Below, piece after piece: positions 1 to 13,800 of a DNA stretch of 64,000 nt. The notes beneath the pieces are model-generated. The model ran no database searches, was not told the DNA's origin, and worked only from the letters and a program-made list of their open reading frames with translations. This stretch comes from Oculina patagonica (Eukaryota): positions 3,534,001 through 3,598,000 of the forward strand of contig NC_135771.1 in NCBI RefSeq assembly GCF_052425735.1, given 5' to 3'. The first letter of the stretch is position 1. The number at the start of each line of letters is the position of its first letter. The translations under genes and the position numbers were made by a program.

Positions 1-1277
1 ATCCACTTACCCACTGCGTATCCACTTATCCACTGTGTATCCACTTACCCACTGTGTATCCACTTACCCACTGCGTATCCACTTATCCACTGTGTATCCA
101 CTTATCCACTGTGTATCCACTTACCCACTGCGTATCCACTTACCCACTGCGTATCCACTTATCCACTGTGTATCCACTTATCCACTGTGTATCCACTTAT
201 CCACTGCGTATCCACTTTTTATCCACTGCGTATCCACTTTTTATCCACTGCGTATCCACTTTTTATCCACTGCGTATCCACTTTTTATCCACTGCGTATC
301 CACTGTTTATCCACTGCGTATCCACTTTTTATCCACTGCGTATCCACTTGTTATCCACTGCGTATCCACTTTTTATCCACTGCGTATTTACTTTTTACCC
401 ACTGCGTCTCCACTTTTTACCCACTGCGTATCGACTTTTATCCACTGCGTATCCACTTTTTACCCACTGCGTCTCCACATATCCACTGCGTATCCACATA
501 ACCACTGCGTATCCACTTATCCACTGCGTATCCTCATATCCACTGCGTATCCACATATCCACTGCGTATCCACTTATCCACTGCGTACCCCATTTTTTAT
601 CCACTGCGTATCCACTTTTTCTCCACTGCGTATCCACTTTTTATCCACTGCGTATCCACATACTCCACTGCGTATCGACTTATCCACTGCGTATCCACAT
701 AACCACTGCGTATCCACTTATCCACTGCGTATCCTCTTATCCACTGCGTATCCACATAACCACTGCGTATCCACTTATCCACTGCGTATCCTCTTATCCA
801 CTGCGTATCCACATATCCACTGCGTATCCACATAACCACTGCGTATCCACTTACCCACTGCGTATCCTCTTAATTATCCACTGCGTATCCACATATCCAC
901 TGCGTATCCACTTATCCACTGCGTACCCATATTTCCACTGCGTATCCACATATCCACTGCATATCCACATACTCCACTGCGTATCGACTTATCCACTGCG
1001 TATCCACATAACCACTGCGTATCCACCTATCCACTGCGTATCCTCTTATCCACTGCGTATCCACATATCCACTGTGTATCCACTTATCCACTGCGTACCC
1101 ATATATCCACTGCGTATCCACATATCCACCGCATATCCACATACTCCACTGCGTATCGACTTATCCACTTCGTATCCACATAACCACTGCGTATCCACCT
1201 ATCCACTGCGTATCCTCTTATCCACTGCGTATCCACATATCCACTGCGTATCCACTGATCCATTGCGTATCCACTTA
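1..1277. repeat. Tandem satellite A, ~19-bp unit (ATCCACTGCGT + ATCCACTT); runs off the window start
   Basis: Dozens of consecutive copies of atccactgcgtatccactt with small variants; gives periodic artefactual ORFs in all frames. Confidence 0.97.
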
Positions 1278-1278
1278 T

Positions 1279-3195
1279 ATCGTGTGGAATGTTTTGAATC
1301 GTAAAAAAAGTTATCTGGATTGTATGGAATGTTTTAAATCGTATCAAAGTTTTCTGGATCGTATATGATGGTTTAGATCGAATGAATGTTTTCTGGATCG
1401 CGTGAGATGTTTTGGATCGTATGGAAGTTTTCTGGATCGTATGGAATGGTTTGGATCGTATGAAAGTTTTCTGGATCGTATGGAATGTTTTGGATCGTAT
1501 GAAAGTTTTCTGGTTCGTATGGAATGTTTTGGATCGTATGAAAGTTTTCTGGATCGTATGGAATGGTTTGGATCGTATGAAAGTTTTCTGGAGCGTATGG
1601 AATGTTTTGGATCGTATGAAAGGTTTCTGGATTGTATGGAATGTTTTGGATCTTATGGAATGGTTTGGATCGTATGAAAGTATTCTGGATCGTATGAAAT
1701 GGTTTGGATCGTATGAAAGTTTTCTGGATCGTATGGAATGGTTTGGATCGTATGAAAGTTGTCTGGATCGTATGGAATGCTTTGGATCGTATGGATGTTT
1801 TCTGGATCGTATGGAATGTTTTGGATCGTATGAAAGTTTTCTGGTTCGTATGGAATGTTTTGGATCGTATGAAAGTTTTCTGGAGCGTATGGAATGGTTT
1901 GGATCGTATGAAAGGTTTCTGGATTGTATGGAATGTTTTGGATCTTATGGAATGGTTTGGATCGTATGAAAGTTTTCTGGATCGTATGGAATGGTTTGGA
2001 TCGTATGAAAGTTTTCTGGATTGTATGGAATGGTTTGGATTGTATAAAAGTTTCCTGGATCTTATGGGATGCTTTGGATCGTATGAAAGTTTTCTGGATC
2101 GTATGGAATGGTTTGGATTGAATGAAAGTTTTCTGGATCGTATGGAATGGTTTGGATCGTATGAACGTTTTCTGGATCGTATGAAAGTTTCCTGGATCTT
2201 ATGGGATGCTTTGGATCGTATGAAAGTTTTCTGGATCGTATAAGATGGTTTTGATCGTATGAAAGTTTTCTGGATCGTATGGAATGGTTTGGATCTTATG
2301 AAAGTTTTCTGTATCGTATAAGATGGTTTTGATCGGATGAAAGTTTTCTGTATCGTATAAGATGGTTTTGATCGGATGAAAGTTTTCTGGATCGTATAAG
2401 ATGGTTTTGATCGTATGAAAGTTTTCTGGATCGTATGGAATGGTTTGGATCTTATGAAAGTTTCCTGGATCTTATGGGATGTTTTGGATCGTATGAAAGT
2501 TTTCTGTATCGTATAAGATGGTTTTGATCGTATGAAAGTTTTCTGTATCGTATAAGATGGTTTTGATCGTATGAAAGTTTTCTGGATCGTATAAGATGGT
2601 TTTGATCGTATGAAAGTTTTCTGGATCGTATGGGATGGTTTTGATCGTATGACAGTTTTCTGGATCGTATAAGATGGTTTTGATCGTATGAAAGTTTTCT
2701 GGATCGTATAAGATGGTTTTGATCGTATGAAAGTTTTCTGGATCGTATAAGATGGTTTTGATCGTATGAAAGTTTTCTGGATCGTATAAGATGGTTTTGA
2801 TCGTATGACAGTTTTCTGGATCGTATAAGATGGTTTGATCGTATGAAAGTTTTCTGTATCGTATAAGATGTTTTATCGTATGACAGTTTCTGGATCGTAT
2901 AAGATGTTTGATCGTACTAAAGTTTTCTGGATCGTATAAGATGGTTTTGATCGTATGACAGTTTTCTGGATCGTATAAGATGGTTTTGATCGTATGACAG
3001 TTTTCTGGATCGTATAAGATGGTTTTGATCGTATGAAAGTTTTCTGTATCGTATAAGATGGTTTTGATCGTATGAAAGTTTTCTGGATGGTATTGGATCT
3101 TTTGGATCGTATGACAGTTTTCTGGATGGTATTGGATCTTTTGGATGGTATGAAAATTTTCTGGACCGTATGGGGTGGTTTGGATCGTATGAAAG
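1279..3195. repeat. Tandem satellite B, ~39-bp unit (GGATCGTATGAAAGTTTTCT + GGATCGTATGGAATGGTTT)
   Basis: Alternating 20- and 19-bp subunits, both starting GGATCGTAT; the variant (T)GATCGTATAAGATGGTTT dominates after ~2230. Confidence 0.97.
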
Positions 3196-3849
3196 CGTTT
3201 TTATTGTCTCAATCAACTTAGTACCATGGCCATGGATGTGTGCTGTTTCGGAAAATATCCACACCCCCTTCCCCCCCCACCCCCCCCCCCCCCCCCGCAG
3301 ATAGATTTTTGGTTCGATACCCCCATGCCTCACTCCCCTTTCCGTTAAAATTATGGCGTTTAAGACCCCTGCCTCCCCCCTCCTGCCCCCTCCTTTCCTT
3401 CCCCATCTATTGGGGGTGGGGTTATCCTCTGGAACCACATATTGCAAGATAAAATGAGATGTTGAACCCTTGGGAATAAAAAGGCAAACAGGGAAACTGC
3501 AGAGAGACAAGAAATCAATGCAAAGTATAAGCACCAATAAAAGTTTATTCAAGACAAAATTCACATAGCTTCCATTTCTATGGTCTGAATGGTAGATAGA
3601 TTTCAAGAAAATGGAAAGGTAACTTACTGATGTAGCAGAAAGATTTCATCAAAATATGACAATTTCACAGAGAAAAATATAAATCACCCAAACTTGTTTG
3701 ACCATTGCAAAGCACCATAAAAGCACCTTGATAGTGTGATTAAGTTTTGCAGTTATAACTTTCTTGAATACCACAAGGCTAAGAAAATTACAACAGTCAG
3801 CTTTCCTGAGTTCACTCGGGTCATAACAGTGTAGTGTCAGAAGCCATGG

Positions 3850-6800
3850 TTAGTGTCCTAGAGCTTTGTTGAGTGCGTCTAAACACTCGACTGCAATCTG
3901 TGCCTTTGCTTTATCTTCCTCACCAGACGCACTTGATAAGCTTTGTTGAGCTTGCTCTAACTGCTGATTAACAGTCTGTTATCAAAGAAAAAAAATTAGG
4001 TTACTACATGTATAATATTATTACCTAACAGAAAACCAAGTGATTTCAATCAAAACAGCTCTAGCATTCCAATCCCAGGGAATATAACTACTGGCAAAAG
4101 AAAAAGTGTGTTGACCCATTTTATTCAAAGGGAACCTTTTTAAATTCTCACGTGTCTGTCGCATGAATGAAATCAACATTCGAGTTTTGAATCAAGTTGC
4201 TGTTTGAACGTTACATTTTTCAACTCAAAAATGGAATATTGAAGCAAAGAATGAAACCAAATTCCCAATAATGAAATCAGAATGCATTAATTTACCCTTG
4301 ATAGTTGCCGAGTAATAAGAGTGAATGTATTTGCAGTCCCTAAACTAAATGTGGGAAAGTCAGGTGAGGGGAAGCTGAAATGTATAGGCCATTGCACCTC
4401 ACAAGTAAGCACCCCGTTTAATCAACCCCAAGTTAAGACCATTTTAGTCCCCATGGTGACTAAAATTTTAGAGCTGGCGACTAATTTGGAACTGAAGTCG
4501 CCAGCCTGGCGACTAAAATTGAGAAGAAGGATTGAAAGCGTGAGCTTTTTAATTTAGAAACTTAAATTTTTCACTGCTGACCAAACTTGAGCAGTCGGTG
4601 GTCAAATGGCCACTAAGGAAAAAATAAACTTGGAGGGTTGGTAATATCCCATTCTCTAATAAGTACTGCTTGGCAAATATGCGAAGAAAATAAATCCAGT
4701 GGAGTCTTACACGGCTTGAGACTTCACAGTCTCTCGGATTACAACAAGGCAGTGCACTAGTGTAATTACATACTTGATGGTCAAATCTATCCAAAGGATG
4801 AGCCTCCTCTGCCAGGATTTGAACTGTAGAGTCAGCATTAATAGTCACTGTACCACTGCTTGCTGTGGAGAGAAACACCTTTATCTTCAGTTACAGTAAT
4901 CAACTGAATCACCTTTTCTGTGAAAATGGCGTATTAAAGGGAAAGGGCATGGACCTTAAGGCATAGCATCACTATCAAATGTTGAGTAGCCCCTCCTCAA
5001 CCACTGCTGTGCAAGCACATGAACCCCAGACCATTTTGATCATGAGGATAGGCAAGGCCACCACATTATCATTATAATTTATTTATTTTTTTTTTTTTTT
5101 TAATTTTTTTTTTTTTTATTATTAAATTAAAATTTTTTATAAGGACCAATACCTCCCTTGAGAGAAGGCGAAAAAAAAAAATAAAATAATATTATATTAA
5201 CATTGTGAGTCATTATGCCCTCCCTCCAGAGCCACTCTGGAAAGTTCTGGTTGGAAATCCAAAACTATCGGACTTCTGGTTGAATTGCACATGCCTAGCT
5301 TTCAAAACCATGACCAACTAACTTTTTGGTGTTCCGGCCATTTTTATTGTTTTAAAATCCAATCAAATTCAATACTGCAACAGAACTTTTGAGAGTTGCT
5401 GATTTCATAAAGCTTGCACAGTAAGAAACAAAGACTCGAGGTACAAGATTGCAGATATACTTACCAAAATATTTATGAGCTCCTGCGTCATCATGCACTG
5501 TGAGAAGCCCTGGTCGAAGTGTTGCTAGAGTAGGAACGTGATTAGGTAGAATACCAAAGCTGCCTGCTGTGGTAGAAACGTCAACTTGCTTCACATCAGT
5601 TTCCGAATAAAACATCTAAACAGCAATAAGTACAGTAAATAATTACTGCTAGTTAAAAGTTTAGTTTTATGTTGAGTATTGCAGTGTGTAGTTAACTCTC
5701 CTTAGCTTAGCATCTGATATGGACAGTGTAACTTTGTTAACAAACAATTTGTTAGTCAGTGTCACCAGCTGCTCATTAAAAAAAAATTCCAAGTTCTCTG
5801 AACAGGAGTTGAACCAGGCTTTAAACCAGGATTTGCAAAGTGGGCTTAAAAAATCTTTATTAGGCTCGACTTCACCTTCCAAAGAGGGTTTCAGGACAAA
5901 ATTTATGCAATGATACATGTAAGGTGTCTGGTGTGTGAAATACTCTTGAAATCTAACGTGTCTAGTAATGATGTTGATAATCAACAGCTGATGAATATTA
6001 GCTTGCTTTAACTGCTACATACCAACCTAAAGAGACTTGCCCCTTGCCCCAGTTTTTTAATTATTACTTACTCACAATACACAGTACACTTACAGAGCCA
6101 TCCATTTTATATTGCCCCCCTCCCCCCTATAGATGAGATTTTCTACAGGGTTTTTTTGAAGTCATTTCTGAGGGGGTAGCCCTGTCACTGCTTTTGATCT
6201 TTTGAATATTTCTGAAGGGGTTAGGAAAAAGTTGGCATTTTTTCAAAAGGGAATTTAAAAATTGGATTATTTCTGAAGGGGGTTATCATGTCGGCACTTT
6301 GATATTTTTTCTAAGGGGGTAAATTTTGACTAACCTCATCAAAAGGGAGGGGGGGGGGGTGGATATAATGCATCAGTCAATTCCAGCAGTGCCCATCCCC
6401 CCCTCCCCGGGCTAACCCCCGGGCATTAGCATTTCTTAAAAAAAAATTGGCAAATTCCCTGGGGTGGGGATGAAGGAACCAGGCAAATGCCTGGGGGAGC
6501 AGGGATGGTGCAGTGGTGAGAGCGCTCGCCTCTCACCAATGTGGCCCGGGTTCGATTCCGGCCCGGTGCCATATATGGGTTGAGTTTGTTGTTGGTTCTC
6601 GCCTTGCTCCGAGGGTTTTTCTCCGGGTTCTCCGGTTTTCCTCCATCCTGAAAAACCAACATTTCCAAATTCCAATTCGACCTGGACAGAGGACCCGCAC
6701 GAAAACCAGCTAGCGCTGATGTGGCTTCCTCTCTAAATATAGTAATGCCCCGCTCCCGGGTTGATTGTTTTCAATCTCTCGATAGGTGATATAAGATTGA

Positions 6801-7671
6801 ATATAATACAAGTTGTTGCTTCTTAGCAATGAAGAAATATCTAAAATTGAGAACATAAACCTTTAAAAACATCCATGAACATCCACGAGCTTCTCTAGTC
6901 CTTCATGAACTAACTAATCTGCAACGTAGTTGTTGTGGTTTAATTTTTTCTTTGGTTAAAAATTTTTCAAACCAGTTTGATTTTTATTTTTCATTGTCTT
7001 ATGTTCATTAACATAATCTCAAACAAAGGGAAATAAAAATCAAACTGGTTTGAAAAATTTTAAACCAAAGAAAAAATTAAACCACAACATAGTCCACGTC
7101 TTGGCCTATAAACGCCTCCATAACGAATACACGACTCACTCCACGGTTTTGAAAGCACGTGTCAAATGCCCGGGGGTCAACCCGAGGTATGCAAATGCCC
7201 CACCCTTGGGACGGGCAATATTAGGAAATGCCCCGCGGTTGCCCGGGGGGGGGGGGGGGGGAAGCACTGCTGGAATTGACTGATGCATAACATGGAATGG
7301 CCCACAATAGCTTATGTACAGTACATTACTTATCAACACTGAATATATAACTTCATATCAGTGTTACGTATGGAGGTCTCAGGATAAATGACTTTGGCTG
7401 ACACTTATACATCTGATCATGACTCCCAAGAGTCTGCTAATGAAAGTTTCGCCGCCTTTATATTAGACACCTATCTCGTGGTAACCCCAGTTGCACGTTT
7501 CCACTCAGTGAATTTTTTTTTTCGTATTAACCTTATTGCCAAACTCACCTCTGATGGAGAGCCAAACGTAAGACCCACGGCAGGGGCACCATCAGCAAAG
7601 CATCTTCTAAATAACAAAGATCCTGGTTGTCTAAGAAGACGAGAAGTTTGACGAGAAACTAAACCCAACAT
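3850..7671 (-). CDS. ATP5F1D: Mitochondrial ATP synthase F1 subunit delta, 4 exons, 162 aa
   Basis: Exons 7549-7671, 5465-5615, 4774-4862, 3850-3975; all GT-AG and phase-consistent (489 nt). Arg-rich transit peptide, then LTFGSP..VKQVDV..GSFGILPNHVPTL..SSGTVTINADSTVQILAEEAHPLD..AKAQIAVE, typical of F1 delta. Confidence 0.96.
4423..4640. mobile_element. Short non-autonomous TIR element (CAACCC(T)CCAAGTT...AACTTGGAGGGTTG) in ATP5F1D intron 3
   Basis: Terminal inverted repeats; flanks TTAAT/GTAAT (near 5-bp TSD); same family as 17367-18618. Confidence 0.7.
6368..7288. mobile_element. Non-autonomous TIR element with a nested SINE, in ATP5F1D intron 1
   Basis: ~25-bp TIRs ATGCATCAGTCAATTCCAGCAGTGC / GCACTGCTGGAATTGACTGATGCAT; internal CAAATGCCC motifs. 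Confidence 0.8.
6493..6746 (+). mobile_element. tRNA-derived SINE (V-SINE-like core)
   Basis: Pol III A box TGGTGCAGTGG and B box GGTTCGATTCC, followed by non-tRNA core GGGTTTTTCTCCGGGTTCTCCGGTTTTCCTCC; second copy at 30495-30744. Confidence 0.85.
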
Positions 7672-7840
7672 CTTGAAGTAATACCGGGTAAGATGGCGGC
7701 GGTAAGAAGATCCCATCAACCTTTGCGCGAAATCATGGTACCCAATGCCCGCGCGCTTAGAAACCTTGTACTGTACTTTTCCAGAGATCGCGCGCGGGAA
7801 TCAATATTTTTCTCGTGCAAATTAAGGTTTTGTGGTAGAA
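7672..7840. promoter_or_regulatory. Bidirectional promoter and 5' UTRs shared by ATP5F1D and UROD
   Basis: Only 169 bp between divergent ATGs; CpG-rich; YY1-type AAGATGGCGGC at 7690-7700; E2F-like GCGCGAAA and GCGCGGGAA. Confidence 0.75.
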
Positions 7841-10800
7841 ATGGCTGATTCTGAAATGCAAAATGGTTTTCCAGAGATGAAAAATGATCTGATTTTGCGG
7901 GCTGCTCGTGGAGAAGGCACTGAGCGTGTTCCTATTTGGGTTATGCGGCAAGCAGGCCGGTATCTCCCAGGTGAGCGAGGCAAGTTGCATGTGATCACGT
8001 AACATTTTTTAGCTGTTCGACAAGCTAGCTTTAAGAGTTTTCCTTCGATATTTCAATTTTATTGTCTGGATGGTTTATAGATCGAGTATACTGAGACATT
8101 GCTGTCTTACATGCTGTTATTTTTGGTAAAATCAAAAGTTACGTAACATCGATCAGACAGCAGTAGCCCAGGGGATCGGGAATCAAGGGAAGGACCGGGA
8201 CGCCCACCCACCCCCTAACTGTTGAAAAGTTTAAAAGGCTCAGTAGGCTAAAAATCCTTTGGTCCTCCCTCCCCTCCCCCATGCCCCATAAGGCCCACCC
8301 CTCCCCTCCATGACTCCATCTTTAATTAGGTCCCCTCTTGGTCACATTAGTATCCCCAGGAAGCAAAAAAAGTGATAATTATAATAAAATAAAATGCTTT
8401 TTTGGGGGCGAAAAAAAAAGTTGCCTGTTAGAAGTATGCATAAAGGACTTGCGGCATGGCCTAGTGGTTAGGGTGCTGGGTTTCAATTTTGGAGGTCTCG
8501 GGTTTAATTCCTTTGTCCTACCACTTGATTGATCCGGTGGTCCCAAATTCAACTCCTCCAAGCTTTGTTAATTACCAGCTAGTCAGCTTCCTGCCAGTTG
8601 GGATTTCAAACAAATCTATGTTCTATTTGCAATATTTGTTTGTTTATTTATAGTGTACACAATTAGCACCGATGTGCTAATTAATAAAATATGAATAAAG
8701 TGATTTGTTTTATTTATTAATTTATTTGTTACATTGTTTCATATGCAATTAATGGTGTGTTTCAGAATTCCTTAAATTGAAGGAAGAAAATAATGCTGAT
8801 TTCTTCAAGTGTGTGCAGACCCCAGAGCTGGCTTGTGAACTGACTCTGCAGGTATTAACCATGAAGGCACATGTGAAATAAATTGCTCTTACCGGTATAT
8901 CCCTTTTGCTAATCATAGCTTTTAACCTTTAAATCTCAAGTGCAGTACCCTTTTTTAGGGTTATGAGTCTTACTTTGACTGACTCATATGAAATCATGGA
9001 CCCCCTTTTATTGTGTGCAAGTTTTGACATGGCAACTGTAAATGTGTCACATGAGACAGTAGCCCAAACCATTCCGCCCTAATCAGCCCTTAACTATAGG
9101 TCATTTTAGGTCCTGAGAAACTTATATTTGATAAAAAATTTTCTTATTTATTTTCAGCCTATAAGAAGATTCCCTCTGGATGCAGCTATTATATTCTCAG
9201 ACATCCTTGTGATTCCTCAGGTATTTTTATATTATTCTACAATGCAAGCAATATCTGGTCAGTTAGCCTGAACTTGTTTTGATCTTATTATAATATTACC
9301 TACTAACAAATTATGTCCCTTTTCGCATTAACCAGGCTCTCGGAATGACAGTTTTGATGATCCCTGGAAAGGTTTGCATACATTGATTACTTGACTTATT
9401 TCATTTGTCAAGCTGTGCAATCAGTGTGAAAAAAGTTAAATGTTGACAAATTTATGAAATTTATTACTGATTGTATGAAATAATTAAAGTAATAATTAAT
9501 TGTCTATAATTTCATATCTTTCTTTTTTTTAGGGTCCAGTGTTTCCAGAGCCCCTTAGGGAACCAAGCGACATTGAGGTCAGGATATACATACAATGTAG
9601 TGTAAGGGCAAAGGGAGAATATTGGTCCTTGCTCTTTGAAGTATTTAATAAAAAACAGTGAGATCTGTGCAGAAAAGACCAAGGCTTTATATTAAATATT
9701 TAGTACAATCCAAAGCAAGCTTCTTTAATACAGTAAATAAAAACGGTAAATAAAAAAAGAGCTGTTAACTCTACCCTGTCCAATATTTCTACTGGCATTA
9801 AAGTATTCTGAATGACAGAGTTTAGTTTAGTTGTGTAATAATAACAGTTGCAGTATGATCTTCACACTCAGTTACTTTTTTACCGACACACTTTATCAAC
9901 ATGTTTTCCTCCATAGAAACTCAAAAAGGAAGTAGATTTAGAAGCGTCTCTGGGATATGTTTTCCGTGCGATAACATTGACGAGACACAAGCTGGAAGGA
10001 AAAGTTCCTCTCATTGGGTTTTCTGGAGCTCCAGTAAGGATGGTGGCATTTTCTTTCTTTTATCCTTTTCCTGTAAATATAGCTATTGGAAATAAACTGT
10101 GCTCCATGATAATAATAATAATTATAATATTGCTTTCATTTGAGTGGAAATACACATGGTTTTCATTGACAGACTTAAATAATAATTATTAAAAGTGTGA
10201 TTACTGACTCTTGTGTAAGCCGTGCGACGCGAGCGGTAAACGTCGCCAACGGCGGAGGCCTAAGCGGAGGCACAACGCGAATTCTTAATGGATGCAAGGA
10301 CTGGACTTACACGAACTTTATTGAAAACATAGAAACCTACGTACAAAACAACGATAACAAGTTAAAAACAGACTATTTAAACGGTACTAAAAAAACGGGA
10401 ATGAGTCACATTCTGCAAAAAGAACGATTACAGCTATAAGTTACAAATAATCAGAAACCATACAGTGATAAACCGAATATTTACATACAGTACAATAAAA
10501 GGAAACGAAAGAACAAACTAAATAACATGAAGAGAACTGACGAATTACACTTTGTAACTGCATGTAGACAAATGAACAGGACTTAATCCTAATACAAGAC
10601 TCAAATACATTGTAGCTGTGCAAAGCAACAAAACGAAGCAAACCTATTGCGATAACGAAACATTAATAATCCAACGAACTCTAGTACAGAGATTCGTACT
10701 GACCTGAACAACGGCACAAACAGCAATCTACCAGAGGTCTAGCAAGCCCCTCTGGGGAGCTAAGCTCCACAGCTAACTCGAATAAACTGCACAAAACTAC

Positions 10801-13800
10801 TTGTATTTATATCCAAACAACAGTACACATTTGTCTATATGACCGGAACTGGAAGTCAATTACATCACAATTACGTACAAGGGGATTAATCAACGCCCTT
10901 GACCAAAGTCTAACTGATAACTAAAAGTGTTGACAACAGAAAACAGAGATTCGGCTAGTAAACCCACACACAGGATTTACCTAAAGGAACTGGGTGTTTA
11001 CCCACTTAACCACTCCTACAGTAAAAGCAACACAAAACTACAAAATACTAAGCGAGTTAAATCCTACAATTACGTGATCTGACCTCTAAAGTAATTTAAA
11101 CAATAACGCAACAACTTTCTAGACGGTGAGAGTAAACTGATCTGCTCACGTCTGCAACACTACGTAACAGGTCACGGACAAAAATAAAACAACAGTACAG
11201 TCGTACTGAGAAACGCACAAGAAAACTATTTCTAAAATAGCTTAGAAAATTATTTAGAAACTTCGTTTAAAAACAAGCAAAGTGACACTGTCACACTTGG
11301 AATGTATAAGGGTTAGACAGATGCCTTTGGGTAAGTCACGACAGTTGATGCTGAACACTTACACACTGTCTCTGGTCTAACCATAAAATTCTTCAGTCAG
11401 GCCTAAGTGACCTGCGTGCTGAAGCTCACCTTAGTTTCAATAGTTTTAAGTGACTACTCCCTCTGGACGAGATACTACCCAGTTTTTACCACAGTTTTTA
11501 CCACAGCCTTCCACCCCCCCCCCTTCTCCTTAGTATACAGCATAGTGTCCCCCACTGGTGTTTGAACCCAGATTGTTTGATCCCAAGTTGACCAGGCCAG
11601 CTATCCCTCAAGCCTTTCACAATAAGGCAGACTTCTTATTTCATTTCTATGGGATTGTATGGGTTTTTGAAAATGCAATCCTGGAAAGTCATGCCATGTC
11701 ATTTCAGTCAGTAGTTCTCAATTATGGTAACGTTTTCCAGAAGTGGAATGTATAGACACTAATGCGATCTTGATTTTTTTTTAGTGGACCCTTTTGTGCT
11801 ACATGATTGAAGGAGAAAGTAGCAAAACATTCAACAAAGCCCGTAAATTTCTGAACCAGCATTTGCAGGTTTCCAGTAGGCTGCTGCAGCAGATGACAGA
11901 TTTAATCGTAGATTACTTGGTGCTACAAGTCCGTGCTGGTGCACAGGTAAAAACAATGTTTCCTTGTAAGGGAAAATACTTTTCACGAGTACTAATTTTC
12001 AAGATTTTTGCGACTTCATAATAACAAATAATCGCGAAATTTAGTATGCGCGAAGAAAACATTGCGCGAAATTTAAACTTGTGAAAATTAATATCATATT
12101 ATACAGTGTATATCTAACGAACAAAAATTTAAATGTTAGAAACTGCAACTATCTACCTTTGAAAATATCTTTCCGTCTTATTTTTGACTAGCTGAGCACC
12201 CCTCCTCTGATTAAATGTCATTTCCAAGCATAAAAGAGTCGAACCAATCGTTTTAAACATAGCTGTTTTCCCTCTATGGCAAATTTTTAATATAGTTATA
12301 ATAGATTTTAATAGTTGTATCATATGTTTTTTTTCTTACATAATTTATCTCTTTGTAAATTTTTATGCAATTCAGTTTTAGACTGTTATGTAAAAATATC
12401 AAATAAACTATCTATTCCTCTATCTATTTATCTTACTGTTTCACTTTTGTAAATTGGCCAAAACCTCTTTAGTATAGTCACCAAAGTTTCCGTTTGCAGG
12501 CTTCTTGTAGTTACATTGAGCCAGACCTTTACAAGTACATTTCTCTAATTTTCCTTGCAATCGCGAAAATTAATACTCACGAAATTTGGTTCTCGAATTT
12601 TCGCAAAATTAGTAAGAATAAGGTAACTCTGACAAGCTATGAAAAAATGTGATGTCAAAATCAAAGTTACCATCAAAAAGATTTATTTGTAGCCCTGAAC
12701 ACAGCATTTGTAATTTTTTCTTGGCCTTTTTATCTCTGCAGATGCTTCAAGTGTTTGAATCTCATGCTGAAGTTGTGGGTTATGATACTTTTACACTGTG
12801 TTCACTGCCTTACCTCAAGCAGATAGCGGAGAAAGTGAAGGAAAAGTTAGGCCCTGATGCTGTCCCAATGGTGAGGATATAAAAAAAGAATGATATAGAG
12901 TCATGGTTTAGATTCTACCAGTGTCTTTAGCAAATGTGAGATGACTTCTAACCAAATATGCATAGTACATACAAACTTGTACATGTAACATTTTTTGCAG
13001 TTGTTGATAACATAGACAAGAGAGATATAAACATCAAGCCTGCTTGAATGTAAATGTGCAAGTTGGTAGCTACTGCTGCTCTTAAAAAGCTAATTACACA
13101 CAATAATATAATTATTTATTTGCTTCCCCTTCAATTAACTCCCTAAACTGAACACCCATTTTGTACAATAAGGAAAAAATATATGCATTCCTCTCACTAA
13201 AGAGTGTAAGAAATGAATGTTTTGATTATAGAGAGGGTGACTGGCTTCAAAAAAGTGTACCCATGTTTGCTACTGCACATTATCGATCTGTTCACTAAAG
13301 ATCACAATTTTCCTCAAGCTTCAGTAAACTGTTTGCTTCCCAGAACAGATATTAATTTCCCCAGACAAATAGCAAACTTGCATATATCAGTGCCAAAAAA
13401 GGTTATTGTTTACATATAATAGTGCTACAAAATCTTTTATCTTATAATTTTCTTTTAGACAATATTTGCTAAGGGTGCCCACTATGCTATTAAAGACTTA
13501 TCACAAATTGGTTATGATGTTGTTAGCTTGGACTGGACAATGTCAGCTAAAGATGCAAGGTACGTACCGGTAACACTTTTTGACTTCAATGCAGTAATTA
13601 AGGCCTGACCCTAACAATGTAGTATGTAAACACTCTTGTATTGTGATAAACGGTGTAAGTTGTCTTGCTTCCAACTGAGAGCACCGGATTTAAAGCTGTG
13701 AAGAACAGGGGGATGGGGTGAGGACAGGGTATCTGTACCCCCTTAACTTCCCATGCCATCAATTTACTCCTGGTTCCAGCTCATTTTCTTTCTGGTTCCT

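Noticed and set aside
35-2243. Long ORFs (up to 416 aa) at the window start
   Set aside because: They are periodic translations of the satellite units in several frames, with no splice or domain evidence.
6493-6570. tRNA genes at 6.5, 8.45, 30.1, 30.7 and 61.8 kb
   Set aside because: A/B boxes are present but they run into SINE bodies and I could not form a convincing cloverleaf.
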